Positions 1-13,896 of a stretch of DNA of 64,000 nt are shown here, one piece after another. Origin of the DNA: the human T2T-CHM13v2.0 reference genome, Homo sapiens; assembly GCA_009914755.4 (NCBI GenBank), contig CP086569.2, positions 17,280,001 to 17,344,000 of the forward strand, in the 5' to 3' direction. Each line of letters starts with the position of its first letter. Position 1 is the stretch's first letter. A model generated the notes under the pieces. It had not been told where the DNA came from, did no database searches, and was given only the letters and a program-made list of their open reading frames with translations. The position numbers and the translations under genes were made by a program.

Positions 1-420
1 GTGGGTAAACAGTTGATCAATATTCTGCTAAATGTTACTTATGAGATTTTCTATTTAAACAATCACATATTGTCACTTTTGTTTGTCATTAGTTTAGTAT
101 TGTATCTTGAAAATTTAGTATGTGCTGTTTTAATTATTACACAGACAATATCTGTATATCTATTGTCTATATCTATATTTATCTACCATATGTCTCTATA
201 TATTATCCATCATCATCATGATGTATATCTGTCATCAAATTATCTAGCTATCATGTACTATACCTATCATCCATTCTTAGGTATTACCTATCTTTCTCAT
301 TACCATACCTATGCATTCTATCTATTTACCTTATCTATATATCTTTCTATCTTTCTATATTACACTGAAGTGGTTTATCTTTTTGTGGTGGAGGTTGTTT
401 TAGGAACGGTGTTTAGACTC
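1..420. repeat. Compound degenerate (TATC)n/(CATC)n-derived simple repeat
   Basis: Visible runs of tatctatatctatctacc and catcatcatcat. The 146-aa ORF here is a translation of this repeat. Confidence 0.7.
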
Positions 421-465
421 TATAAAATCTCATTGAATTAAGTTGAATGAAAAGCATTTTTTCAC

Positions 466-732
<267 letters not shown>

Positions 733-2166
733 CTACCACTGTACAAAATACCCCATGACTGAATGTTTATAAATATCCTAATAGTCAGTATTAACACACT
801 TATGCATGTCAACCCGAAGACATAAAGAAGGTTAATACATTGCTCTATAAAACACCTTTATTTGGAAAAAAAATGGGCATTTATAGGATCAGGAAAAATA
901 TTCTTCTTACCTTTGAACCTCCATATATTTTTCTCTTCACAGGTAGGGCCCTTGTACCTATGCCAAAGATTCAGGCAAGTAATGTTATTCTTAGGACCAA
1001 TTTCTGTCCTCAAATAAAATGTGCTATTTCATTTAAAAGTCAATTAAAAATAAAACAGGTAAGAGGGCCAGTTGGGAGGTAGAGACAATAACACTATAAA
1101 AATCCATGACTAAAGCACAGAATTAACTAAGTTCTGTTAATTCATCATCTATATAAAGGCAGCAATGCACAGATGAATGTAAATTAAATTTTGAAATTAA
1201 TTTTTGATTGTGGGTAGAGTTGAAACTAAAATTTATTTTTATATTTTTATTTCCTAATTTTTAAAAATTTCATAAATAAAAATCAGTAGTGAATATTCAA
1301 GGGCTGGATTTCTGTTCAATGGATAGAATTCTGTTTAATGGTTTTCTAGAAGGTGAAGAAAACACTTAGTACAGCCAACTTCTCTGAAAATCTACCACCT
1401 CGGTTATCCCCACTGATTAAATCTCTCGATGGTGTACTCTGACAAAAGATTTGCCTAAAAGTTATTGACTCAAGGAGAAAATAATTTCAAAACCAATAAC
1501 AAAAATATTTCTTATAAAATTAAGTGTTGAAGCTGAACATGGAAGAAGAGAATGAATGGGAATTTCATAAACGTATGAAGAGATAAAAAAGAGAATGGGC
1601 AAATAGATGAGTTAATGAGAAGGGTTACTCTCACAGTAAAACTTAAAACCAAGAGAGGCAAGTACAAAGCAAAACAGAAACATTATAAATCTAAATGAGC
1701 AATAAATGCAAATAGGAAAAATATATATAAATTCTGAGACTGTGTGTTCCTGTAAGAGGAAAAAGATTTTTATCTTTAATTGAATCTGAGCAATGATATG
1801 CTGAATTCTCTAGGAATCTGTCAGGACAAACGTATTTTTTCCCTTCCTGTTTATAGTGACTCAGGTAGTCACTGCCTTCTTGGAAACCATGTGAGATGCA
1901 GTGCCTCTTCATTGTGCATCAGGCAGATCCATTCAAACACCTGCCCAAACACTGAGAACAGGCCACTTTACTACTGCACTCAGTCTTGCAAGGTTCAAAA
2001 GGTTTAAAGAGAGCAGTGATGCAAGGGAAAACATCTTTAAATAAATAGGTGGAAATTCAATGCTAGAATGTTACAGCAAGTAATGAAATGGAATCTGAAA
2101 ATATTGTAATTGCATACAATTTTTGGCCCAAGTGTATTTTACCAAAAACATAACAAGAAAAATATT

Positions 2167-2490
<324 letters not shown>

Positions 2491-2499
2491 CAGAAAAAA

Positions 2500-2575
2500 A
2501 ATTTGCATATAGAGAGGTATACACATACATACACATACATAGTGTGTACGTGTGTACGTCTATGTTTGTTTGCAT
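2500..2575. repeat. (CATA)n/(GT)n-like simple repeat
   Basis: acacatacatacacatacatagtgtgtacgtgtgtacg. Confidence 0.6.
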
Positions 2576-2589
2576 AGAAAAAGAGTGAG

Positions 2590-3230
2590 CTATAGAAGTG
2601 AATATTTACCACCTATCTTGTTATCCATCCATCTAACTTTTCATTCATATCTCCTGTTCATCCATCGTTCATCCTCTAGTTCATCAAATATTCTCTATCA
2701 TCAATAATCAATATTTTATATAAAACTTAAGTATCTTTTCTGTTACCTCTCTGTCCCTCAATCCAGCATCACTTGTTACTAAATATTTATTAATATCCTA
2801 AATTATATATATATTATTTATGTGTCTTTTATATTGTCTAGCTAAACTACCTATCTATCCTATTTATCCATTTATCAATTATCTATTATCAATAAGCTAT
2901 ATTCATCGCTGGCATCTAAACATACTTTCTATCATTTCTTCATGTATGCATTCATCATCTATATCTATTACTTTTTTCAAATATCTACGTGTCATATCTA
3001 TTATTGAAATAGCATTTCCACTGTCTATCCATCCATCCAACATCTATCTCTCCCATTTAGGTACCCATCTATCATCCAACTTATATACATCGATTATCAA
3101 TTATCCATATTTTATATCTATTATTTAAATATATCTTCTATTATCCATCTATCCATCATCTATCAATCTCACCTGTCTATCTTCTATCAATCTTATCTAT
3201 CTGGCGTATCCATCTACAGAAACATACACA
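2590..3230. repeat. Compound degenerate (TCTA)n/(CATC)n-derived low-complexity block
   Basis: Recurrent ccatctatc, catccatc and ctatcta motifs throughout. The composition resembles the block at 1-420. Confidence 0.65.
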
Positions 3231-3611
3231 AACATCTGAGTGGTACTGACTGTCCACAGATTGTAAATTTCAAGGAGAAAGAGAAGGAGAAGAGTAAAAA
3301 CCCGAGGCATATTTCCAAGGTACCCTCTTCCCAGTATTCTACCCCCATTTTCCAGAATGGGACTAGATGGTGTGGTTCTGTGAGACAGAGAAGGCTGAGT
3401 GTTTACTGCAACTTAGTCTGTTAACAGAAAAGAAAAGAGAAAAGCAAGTAGGCAGTGTATTTTGAAGTCATTCCCCAGGGCCTATGGAAGCTGTCAATTT
3501 AGGTTATGTATTTTATTTGCAAAATTCCATTCAATATCTCTATTAATTGGCATTAATATTATTCTTGTTTGTATATGTAACTGTGCCACTTTCAAGGGGA
3601 GTTGATGCTTA

Positions 3612-4300
3612 TGAGAGGAGGTGCCATCTGGTCTTCCTGGGTAGAGTAGGGGCTCAGAAAGCTGTGAAACTCACTTATTTCCTGCATCAGGACATACTTT
3701 GGTCCTGGATGAATAATATTGAAGATATATGTTTAAAATATCCCTAACATCAGAATTTGTACATGTGTTTTCTTCCCCAAGAAAGCTAGAAACAGTGAAA
3801 ATGTTGTTGTAAGCTTCCCTGTGTCCTCTCTCCCTTCCCCATCCCCTGAAACTAAAAGGAATATTAAAAGCCTGTTTTTCTGTGACAAGCAGAGGTTATC
3901 TATTCTCCCAATTCCAATTATTTGGAAACACAATTTGTAAAATCCTGTGAGATACTGACTCCTTTGCCTTGACTCTGCAAGGTCATAAAGTAGACAAAAC
4001 AAGTGGCAGTTCTGGTTTTCTTCAAGATCTGAGACACGTTAATTGTCTTTGTTTCTCGCTCTGGTAACATCTTCCGTCCACACGTATTTCGCGCCTTGAA
4101 GAGTTTAAAAGGTGATTGAAAAATCTAACACTGGCTACCCGCTTGGGAGCCCTTCCATGCTGTGGAAGCTTTGTACTGTTACTCTGCTTAATAAAGCCTA
4201 CAACCTCTTTCTCTCAGTCCTATCCGTATCTCTCTCTCACCACAGGCTGCTGCCACACCAATCCTTTGGCATGGCTAAGACAAGACCCTTTGGCATTACA
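3612..4300 (+). mobile_element. Solo LTR of the same type as the LTRs of the 38836-48052 provirus (HERV-W-related ERV1; not LTR17)
   Basis: It aligns end to end with both proviral LTRs: tgagaggagg...ggggctcagaaagctgtgaaactcac...tgtggaagctttgtactgttactctgcttaataaagcc...tttggcatggcta...cattaca. It starts TG and ends CA. It is flanked by CTTA at 3608-3611 and 4301-4304 (a 4-bp TSD). It contains an AATAAA signal (ttaataaagcc). Confidence 0.75.
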
Positions 4301-5835
4301 CTTATAGAAGGGAACCCTTATGACTTTATTGACAATTCTATGACATCCCTCTGCTACTGAGTCTATGAAGGAGAAACTATTGTCTTTTTCAACATAACTC
4401 TAAGTTGTATATAACCGGACAATTTTCAGTAATTTTATTCATTTTCTGAAAGACATACGAGGCAAACTATCATATGCCTTGGGTATCCATCCATTATTTC
4501 AGGGTGTAATGATAGCTTTTCTTTGAAGATAAAATTATTGTAACCCTGAGACATGATGGAAAATTTATTCATTTTTCTAATTCATTTTTCTAAATTAATG
4601 TATTTTTCTACAGGTTTTGATATTTTTCCAAAGTAGTTTGATGTTTAGGATCAATAAAATTATGCCAGCATCTTGACACATGCATTGATGAAACCTGAAA
4701 ATATACACTGTAAATTTTATAATGTATTTTTAAAATACCGTACTTACAGAATTGTGCCTAAGTCATAATTTTCATTTCCTTTTTTTCAATACTGAAAACC
4801 TGCTTTCACTAATTTCCTGGCTACCTCAGTGGACTGCCTTCATAGCAATTAATTTGATCTCTGGCTTAATGAAGTCACATATCTTCAACATCTGTTTTCT
4901 TCAAAACTCAACTGCTTTTTTTTTTTCTGTTTAATATGTATTGAGAATCACAGAAACAATTACTTTCCTGTATTTTACTGAGGTTTTATTTTTCCATCTT
5001 TCATTTTATTTTTGGAGAATTATTCACACAATAGAAGAATTATGAAGGAAAGTGCCCTAAAAAATAAATAAATAAAATACTGCAGACTTATGGGCACATT
5101 TGATAGGGTAATCAGAGATTAACATTTTCAGACAGATATGATAAACTTGGAATCTACTGGGAATATCAACCACTTTAAAATTTTTCACTTTCTGTTTTGG
5201 AAAGAGCATATGAGAAGTAGATAACTACAGGTATTTGGCATTTCCAAGATTTTTGTCCTGGCGTCTCAAATGTCTCTCATTCCATGATTTAAGCACGGGA
5301 AAGGAGGGATTGTGAGTAGGGTTTAATTGTAATCGGCAGCAGACAAGCTCTGAGGCTCTGCAGTCTTGACCTTGAAGATTACTCAGTCTTTATGATTCCA
5401 ACAAAATGCTGGTGGTGTTACTGGACCCATCTAGGGGTTCCTTGCCTGGCACAGTAAGGCCAAACATTCACACTGAGGTTTTGAAGCAGCGGAAAGGAGG
5501 GTGTTTATATTTGCAGGACACCAAGCAAAGAGAATTGGGCAGTTCTCACTGAAGACCTAACCTCCCGGTGGCTTGCAAGTAATGGTTTTTAAAGGCAGTA
5601 GTACATTTCAGGAATGCAGAAGTCACAGGTAACATTGTAAATGAATACGTGGAGATCATACATTGGTTTTAATGGGAATAATATTCAAAATCCTAAGGAA
5701 ATTGGACACTCAAACAAAGGATTCTTAGCAAAGCCATTTTATTTCTGCACAGAGGGGTGCTTCTCCTTGGCCAGTAGCCATGAGAGCACACCTGAATAAA
5801 GGGGCACAAGAGACATCATTCCTGATGCAAGTCAT

Positions 5836-6215
5836 GTCAGGCCTCTGAGTCTAAGCCTACACGTATACATCCAGATGACCTGAAGCAACTGAAGAATTAC
5901 AAAAGAAGTGAAAATGGCCCGTTCCTGTTTAACTGATAACATTATCTTGTGAAATTCCTTCTCCTGGCTCAGGAGCTCCCCCACTGTGCACCTTGTGACC
6001 CCCACCCCTTCCTGCAAGAGAGCAAACACCCTTTGACTATAATTTTGCACTACCTACCCAAATCCTATAAAACTGCCCCACCCATAACTCTCTTTGCCAA
6101 CTCCTTTTCAGACTCAGCCTGCCTGCACCCAGGTGGAAAAAAACAGCTTTATTGCTCACGCAAAGCCTGTTTAATTGTTCTTTTCACACAGATGTGTGTG
6201 ACAAGTCCTGCCCCG
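5836..6215 (+). mobile_element. LTR7-like (HERV-H-type) solo LTR
   Basis: It starts tgtcaggcctctgagtctaagcctacacgtatacatccagatgacctgaag, which matches the LTR7 5' end as I recall it. It ends ...ctttattgctcacgcaaagcctgttt, the LTR7-like R/U5 end. No internal HERV-H sequence follows. Confidence 0.6.
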
Positions 6216-7209
6216 TATGTACCCTTTCCCCATTGGCCAGGGTCGGGTCATACTCTCTAAACTAATCCTGGTTGGCTAAACATCTGAACTTTTTTTTTTT
6301 TTTTAAATAAGTTGGGCACATAAAGGAGAGAGGGGAAAAAAACGGTGTCTGTAATGAGCTAGACAGCTAGTCTTGTTTCTAAATAGTGAAAGGAATGTGA
6401 GCTGGCAACGCCTGGTACTGTGGCATGTCTGGGCATATAAAAAAGGGAGAAAGGAAGAAAAAAGAGAGAAAAAGGAAAAAGGGATGTAGGGGGGATGCTA
6501 TAAATTAAACAATAAAGGATTGATCAGGCTATTTAAAGAGAAACCTCCTCATATCCCACAGTTTGAATTAAAAAGGCAGGATATTTTGAAGTGGGCCACC
6601 CAAAAATGACAGCTGGATTGAAATATTTTCTGATTTCTGATTGGTTAAGGAGGGAAAGTTTTATCTAAAAAATTGCCTTCAGCAGAAAAGAACGTTAACT
6701 CTGGTCTGTGGGTGTGACTTCCTCCAATCTCATCAGGAAGAAATGTAAAACAAAGAATACTGGCAAGAGTTAAGTCCTTAGTTCCCCCATATCTGATGGG
6801 GATCTACATGCTAGTGGATCCATTTGTTGGGAATTCATTGACTTTTCAATGACTAACTGAATGGTTTCTTCCCCATACACTAGTCAAGCAAAATGCTTGC
6901 TAAAGGAACATTTGTTAACAAGCACATTGCCTACTGTTAAGAGGCCCTTTTGAGAAAAGGGTGGCCTGGGTTAAAACATCCTCTCACCTACTAGTTGGTA
7001 CAGTTACCTTTTCATCCTATATACCCATAAAAGAAAAGCTTATTTTCCACTTAACCTGTGAACTGCCAGCAGATATCATAAAAGGAGAGTTTACCTGACT
7101 GCTATAGTCATCTTCTCTCTCCTGTTGCAATCATCCTATCCAGAAAAAAAAAAAAAAAAAGTCTCCTTACCTAAATCCAAATTTTCTTTTCACACACACC
7201 AACATTTCC

Positions 7210-7521
7210 TTTTTTTTTTTTTTTTTTTTTTTTTTTGGTGACAGAGTTTCAGTCTGTCACTCAGGCTGGAGAGTTCAGTAGCATGATCTCAGCTCACTGC
7301 AACCTCTGCCTCCCAGGTTCAAGCAATTTTCCTGCCTCAGCCTCCTGAGTAGCTGGGACTACAGGTGCCCACCACCATGCCTGGCCAACTTTATGTATTT
7401 TTAGTAGATACTTCGTTTGCCATGTTTGCAAGGCTGGTCTTGAACTCCTGACCTCAAGTGGTCTGTCCACCTTGGCCTCCCAAAGTGCTGAGATTATGGC
7501 GTGAGCCACTGTGCCCAGCCC
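7210..7521 (-). mobile_element. Alu SINE (minus strand; poly-T at the low-coordinate end)
   Basis: A T27 run followed by ggtgacagagtttcagtctgtcactcaggctggag through ggcgtgagccactgtgcccagcc. Confidence 0.9.
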
Positions 7522-7725
7522 ATATGCCAAAATTCAAGTAAGGAGAACAAGGGCTATCCTGATCTCAGAATTTATTCAGGAAATATAACAAAAATCAATG
7601 GCTTTTTTTTGAATCTCTGAAGATATTTTTATTGATGATATAATTGTGGATGAAAAGAAAAAAAACAGATGTTGAAATTAAACATACCTGGCTTATTTCA
7701 TTGACCCCTTTTAAACTGGTCCTGT

Positions 7726-7794
7726 TGTTGTAACTGAGCTAGTTATAGAGAAATGCCACACTTTGAGACTAATTTAGCAGTCCTTTATTTGCTG
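7726..7794 (-). repeat. 3' LTR stub of the minus-strand ERV: a 69-bp R/U5 segment matching 13897-13964
   Basis: tgttgtaactgagc...ccacactttgagactaatttagcagtcctttatttgctg is shared near-identically by both copies. In minus orientation it reads ...GCAAATAAAGGACTGC...GTTACAACA (AATAAA signal, ends CA). The sequence upstream of it (7795-8100) does not match the 13965+ region. Confidence 0.5.
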
Positions 7795-8799
7795 ATGTAC
7801 CCCACCCAGAATGGATATCAGGCTGAGCTGGAGGTCTTGTCATTGCAGCTGAGGTTTAGCAACCAGGAGTGGTGGTGGAACAGTTAAATTGACCCTGTCT
7901 GGGTGTTTTTGGAACATAGGATGCTGAACACAGTTTCAACATCAAATCCAGCGATATAAAGCCTTAATCCCCATGACATGCCATAATGCCATTGAGCTAA
8001 ATTGGGGTTACGGATGGTTATAGTAAGAAGATTGCAATTTCCCCTTGCACACAGTTTAGGATGGGAAGCATGAGCTATGGAAAAGGTTGAAGGTCGGATT
8101 GATCCCCCAGAGTAGGTGGCCAAAGTTATACATGTCTAGTCAGGGCAGAAAAATTGGTAAGAATCTTGACACCTAGAGTCAAGGTGATTTCCAGGACAGA
8201 AGTAAAGTTCAACGTTCTGGAGTCCTTTTTCTGCACCTTTGGAGCTTCCACATCCAGTCTAGCCTCTGGAGTGTCCAAACTCTGCAGCAAGGTCGATGTT
8301 CCCTGCTCCTATGATTGGCAGATTGTGTTGCTCTTCGAACGTATGAGCAGGCTCTGGAAACAGAGCACATAAATCGACTGCCAAAGAGACTTCCTTGTAG
8401 GTCCCCGACTTCCAGGTGGTGTTTGCAAACACACTTCCTGTCATGAAAGAAGTCAGGAATAAAGAGTAGGAAGAAGCAGAGGGCACGACAGGCAGAAACA
8501 AACAAAAGAGATAAAGAATTAATCTACTGGCTTCACTTGACTTAGGTGCAGTTGTAAGGGGCCTCTACCAGTCTTGGGGACCCATGTTTCTTGCTGGGTT
8601 TTGTTAGTCTTCTTGATGCAAGAGTGATGAATCCAAGCAGGAATGTTATCTACTTTTAGAGCTCTTGGTGTGGTGAGGATGACAGTATCAGGTCCTTTTC
8701 AGGCAGGAGTAAGTCCTTCTTTCTGGAACTTTTTAACATACACCAGGTCACCTGGCTGGAAAGAGTGGCAGAGCCCCTTGTGGTCGGGAACTGGATTGG

Positions 8800-9900
8800 G
8801 ATGTGCTCCTCAGACATGTGGCTGGATAATGTCTTGTACCTGTTGCAGAGACTGCTGGTACTGTAACAAATTAGCTTGTGAGATTTCTGTTAAATGGGTA
8901 TCTCTTAGTTTGGACAAGGTAGGAGGAGCCCTCCCAGACATGATTTCAAAAGGTGAAAACCTAGCCTGGTAAGGGGTGCATCTTACTTTAAGAAGGTCTA
9001 GAGAAAGGAGTTTTACCCAATTCTCACTGGTCTCTAGGATTAATATTGTAAGATTACTTTTTAGGATGCAGTTCATGCATTCTACCTGCCTAGAGCTCTG
9101 GGGTTGATAGGCACAATGGAGTTTCCATTGAATGTTTAATGTCTCACTAACTGATTGAGCTACAGATGAGGTGAAGGCTGGTCCATTATCAGACCCTATG
9201 GCAGCGGGCAGCCCATGTCAAGGAGTGATTTCATTGAGTAATAGCTTAACTACCATGGTGGCAGTCTCGTTTTTGGTGGCAAATGCCTCAGTCCATCTGG
9301 AAAAGGTGTCTACTAGCACCAGGAGGTATTTATACACTGCCCAGTGTGGTTTTATCTCTGTAAAGTCAATTCCCACCTTTCTCCTGGTGAGTCTCCCCAG
9401 AGGCGGTGGCCTGGGCTGGGTTTAGGACCTTCCTTGTCATTTACCTGAGCACAACCTATACACCAGAGGGCTGCTTGGTTAGCTAAGCCCTGAAGGTGGA
9501 GGATCTTGAAATGGCTCTTTAGAAGCTGGGCCAGTTTTATTGCTCTCAAATGTGTGGTAGAATGCAGATGACTGGTTAAAGTTTCCCCGAGGACTTGGGG
9601 CATGAAGATTCTGGGATCAGGAAGAATTCACCAACCTTCCTGATTTTTACTGGCCTGAAGATCTGAAGCCTCTTTTTCCTCCTCTAGGGAGTATTCTGGG
9701 TGGTCTCGAAAGTCAGGCTGCAGAAAGGATATAGAGGGCAGCAGAGTCAAAGGCATGACTGGAAACTGAGCTGTCTTTTTAGCTGCAGAATCTGCTCTTT
9801 GGTTACCACAAGCAATGACCATATCTTCTTTTTGTTGTCCTTCGCAGTGAATTACAGCCACCTGTTGAGGGAACCAAACAGCTTCAAGCAAGGCCAAAAT
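8800..9900 (-). pseudogene. pol remnant: RNase H C-terminus and integrase (disrupted)
   Basis: Minus-strand ORFs give VAVIHCEGQQKEDMVIACGNQRADSAAKK, an RNase H motif, and TPYQARFSPFEIMSGRAPP, an MLV-type integrase motif. There are multiple stops and frameshifts. Confidence 0.7.
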
Positions 9901-10642
9901 TTCTTCTTTATTTTTGATAGTTTTTCCTTCTGAGGTGAGTAGCCCATGCTCCTGATAGATGGCTCTGTGTACATGGACAGTAGCAAACGTATATCTGCTG
10001 TCAGTGTAGATGTTAATGCATTTATTTTTGCCCTATCGGAAGCTTGAGTGAGGGCAACTAATCAGCCCTCTTTGCCAAGTTGCCTGCCAGCAGCACCTGG
10101 GCCCACAGTATATCTGTTTCCATAGTAATGGCTGGAGCAGGCTTTCATACTCCTTGTTTGAGGAAGCTGCTACTCTCTGTAAATGTGGTGGTGTCTGCCT
10201 CCTTTAAAGGCACATCTTGGAGATCAGGTCAGCCAATTTCTATAGTCACTAACAGTTCCTCACAGTCATGGATAGGTGTGGTAAGGTCTGGATCAGGGAG
10301 CAAGGTAGATGGATTTAAACACCTTGTGGGAGAGAAAGTTACACGAGGCTGATCTAACAGTAAATTTTGATACTGCAGGATGCAAGCGTTCGACATCTAT
10401 TTGGCAGAAGCACTTTGTAGCAATGTCTCTATGGCACGAGGAGCCATAAGGGTTAAATTTTTACCTAGAGTCAGTTTATCAGACTCCTGAACCAGGCTTG
10501 CTGTGGCTGCTATGGCTCGCAGACATCTTGGCCACCTGGAGGCCACAGGGTCCAGGGGTCCAGTTTCTTAGACAAATAGGCCACTGGGCATCACCATGGC
10601 CCCAAAGTTTGAGTGAGTACCCGTCTAGTGACTCCCTGGCTT

Positions 10643-11671
10643 TCATGAACAAAAAGGTGAAATGGTTTTGAGATTATTTGGGAGGGCTAGAGCAGGGTCC
10701 TCAGTTAATGGTTTTTTCCAGTATTGAAAAGCCTGTTCCTCTGTGTAAGTCCAAGCTAGCAGGTCATTTTCTCCTATAACAGAGTTTAGGGGCTTGGTGA
10801 TTTCCACAAACCCTGATATCCATAGATGACAGTATCCTACAGACCCCAGGAATTCATGTACCTGTCTCTTGGTGATGGGAGTGGGGATCCACAGGATGGT
10901 TTCCTTTTGAGCACTGGTGAGTGCCCTTTTTCCCTTGTCTATCTCATACCCCAGATAGGAAACCCTGGGGAGATAAAGCTTGGTCTTCTTAGCTGAAACC
11001 CAGTACCCAAGTTTCTGGAGAAGGCAAAGCAGGTCTCTAGTATATTGCAGGCGGCTGTCAGTAGTTTTAGCAGCTAATAAAAGGTCATCCACGTACTGGA
11101 GAAAAGTGCAGTTAGGGTGACTGGCTCAGAATGGTATGAGATCTTGTTGGAGGGCTTCTCCAAAAAGTGTGGGGGAATTTTTAAAACCCTGGGGTAGCTG
11201 AGTCCAGGTTAATTGAGTGGTGTCTCCCAAGCCAGGATCTGTCCATTCAAAAGCAAAGATAGATTGGCATTTGGGGACCAGAGAAATAGCAAAGAAAGCC
11301 TCTTTTAAGTCCAGGACAGCACATACTGTATGTTCTGGCAAAAGCAGGCTGAATAAAGTATAAGGGTTAGGGACAGTTGGATGGACAGTGACTGTCCACT
11401 TGTTAACTTCCTGCAAGTCCTGTACAGGCTGGTAATTATTTGTTCCAGGTTTCTGGACCGACAAAAATGGAGTATTCCAGGCCAACTAACACGCTGTGAG
11501 TATACCAGCTTGTAATAGCCCCTGAATATGGGGATTGATTCCCTCTCTAGCCCGCTGACTCATAGGATAGTTTTTTTTACCTGGACTGGCAGGGCAGTGA
11601 CCAGGAGTTCTACAACTAACAGTGGATGATGCTTTGCTAGTCCTGGGGATTTTGACTTGGCCCAGACTCAA
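10643..11671 (-). pseudogene. pol reverse-transcriptase remnant, MLV-like
   Basis: YPMSQRAREGINPHIQGLLQAGIL...[27 protein letters not shown]...[11 protein letters not shown]...VLDLKEAFF...FAFEWTDP...[16 protein letters not shown]...MDDLLLAA. This is collinear with MoMLV RT as I recall it. It is split over three ORFs. Confidence 0.8.
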
Positions 11672-11889
11672 GGAAACACAATCTGTAGATACAATAGGAG
11701 AGGATTAGCTTTATTCTCCAGCGGTCATAATCAGGAGGCTGTAGGCAGAGAGGCCACAGGGGATGTAGTCAAAGAAACGAGGCAAGATTTTGGTGGAGCA
11801 GGAGGGTTATGGGGTGGTGGAAATGCGTGAGAAAAACTTTCCTCTTCTTCAGAAAAAGGCAGTACAGGAGGAGCTGAGGGGGCTGAGGG

Positions 11890-12236
11890 TCAGAATGACA
11901 GTGAGGCCTGGCTCAAAAGCACCTTGGAGGTAGGATTATGAACAGCACATGAGTGGAGCCAAGGGGAAGGGCCCCAGACCAAGCTCAGCCATTGATCAAT
12001 GTAGGGAAACTGATCAGGGTGACTGGGAGTTCCAGCAATGAACTGCCACACACATTCAGTGACCCTTCTGGGGGCCACCCGGTTCCAAACTGTAGCCGTT
12101 CTACTTCACAGAGTGTCCAGAATTTGCCTTTTTTAAGGCAAACCCCATAATCCTCTGAGAAGCCCAGGGAGAAATTTTGTAACATACATTGGAGAGGGCT
12201 CCAATCTCTATGAGGCCAGGAAGAAGAGCTTCCCAT
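11890..12236 (-). pseudogene. gag matrix (MA) remnant. CA/NC/PR appear deleted between here and RT.
   Basis: MGSSSSWPHRDWSPLQ...GKFWTLCEVE...GTGWPPEGSLN and HPDQFPYIDQWLSLVWGPSPW resemble MLV MA (MGQT...WPTFNVGWP...HPDQVPYIVTW...DPPPW). Only about 200 bp separates the MA end from the RT start. Confidence 0.6.
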
Positions 12237-13876
12237 TCTGGAAGCAATTTAACAAGGATTGAGCAGAAATATTAAATCCAGCATGGACAGAGCAATTCAC
12301 TCTCTGGGGGCCCGTAGTATCAGAAGAACAGAAATATTACGACCAGAAGAAGTAGGAAAGCAACTATAGCCAACACTTCTTGCCACATAAGCTCTTTCTC
12401 TTTAGGTTTTGAGATCTAGGGAGAGGACAAGAGGTGGGTCTGAGGCCTGTGGGACCTACATGATCCCTCCTTCCTTTTTGACTTATAGCCTGAATATTTT
12501 TGGTGTCTTCATGACTCAAAGGCAAACAGTTCAAACTTGGCTTTTTCTTTTAAGGGTTTTAGGAGGGTGAGCAGAGCCAAGTCTTGGAGGTGCTGGACTT
12601 GCTGTGACACAGGAAAATGAAATGTACGGGGTAAGGGATGGGGATGAGTAGGAAAGGGGCCACTTGGATCTTTCCTAAGGTAGGAGAGTAGCTACAGAGG
12701 GATAGAATAAGAGTCCAGATGGAATAAGACAGTACAGGCGTAGGTTTCTCTGCACAGTGCCTTATCCAAGGGCATGGGAAAAGTTACAGGATGACAGAAA
12801 AGGTGAGCAAGGAAATCTGCAGGGTGGCTATTTTGAATCCCCCACTGATCTAAGGAGGAGGTGTTTCAGTCACTGGGGTTTGAGGTATGGCAATCCAAAT
12901 GCCAGCAACCTTTATGGTGCCAGAAATCCCAAACGAGAGACTGTTTCCCATACACCTCCCCATAACAACACCTGACTTTTTTCCGACAGAAAAGACAGGA
13001 CTCGGATGGCCAGCCCAAATGACTGATGAAAGATTTGAACTCCTGGGATAGAAAATCTGTACTAACGACCTTGAAGAAGTCCTTGCCCAGTCATCTTGGG
13101 CAGTATTGAAGACCTGACATGTGAAACTTAGGCAAACACCAGACAGGAGAATAGACACTGGGGTATATAAACAGTTATGAAAGTTTTTATAAACAGACAA
13201 GATGAGGGGCTTCTGTGATGTGATTAGTCAGATGCCTGCCTGGCCACTCCCCTTGCAGGGACTTAGGCTCCTCTTGACATTGGCAGGCCAGTATAAACCC
13301 CCAGCTCAGGTCGAGCTATGCCCTTTGCTACCCTAAGCCTTATGAGGTCACCCGGAACCACAGGTGAGGGCCCACTCAAACTCTGTAGCTTTTGCCATGG
13401 AGCTACAAACTTGAAATTCAAGCAAAAGCCCTTGAACTCCACATTCACTCACTCACTCCTTCAGAGTTTATTATAATTTTTCATACCCATTTAAACAGGG
13501 GTCTCCTTGAGACCTGAATGAGAGAAGAAGAAGAGACAGAGAGGGAGTGTGAGAGTCTTAACAGAGAAGCCTGACAGAAACCAGGACTTTGCCCTCCAGT
13601 GTCCTGGAGTGTGGACAGAGTCTGAGGGAGGGCCCTCAATAGGGCCATTTCCCTCCCAGAGAAACAGAGTCAGATCTGACTTACCGTCCCAGGACCAGAG
13701 ACTGAGGACTCAGGAGTTGAATTTGGTGGGCACACACCAGCAGTCGATCCGTTCCCCCTCCGGAATACGGTGGCCTATGGTGCCTTGGAAAGTCTTCAGG
13801 TGGCACCTCCCCTATAAGACCACTGTCTGTCCAGGGGAGCCTGGAATGAATTCAGCACTCATCTCATGGCAAATAA

Positions 13877-13894
13877 ATCTCGCCGGGACTTCCA
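13877..13894 (-). other. Candidate primer-binding site, closest to PBS-Gln
   Basis: In minus orientation: LTR ...GTTACAACA, then TT, then TGGAAGTCCCGGCGAGAT. The CA-TT-TGG arrangement is as in MLV. It matches 15/18 to the MLV PBS-Gln TGGAGGTCCCACCGAGAT (recalled from memory) and about 10/18 to PBS-Pro. Confidence 0.4.
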
Positions 13895-13896
13895 AA

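Noticed and set aside
1-441. A 146-aa ORF at the window start
   Set aside because: Translation of the (TATC/CATC)n low-complexity repeat (runs of Y, L, I and H). Not a gene.
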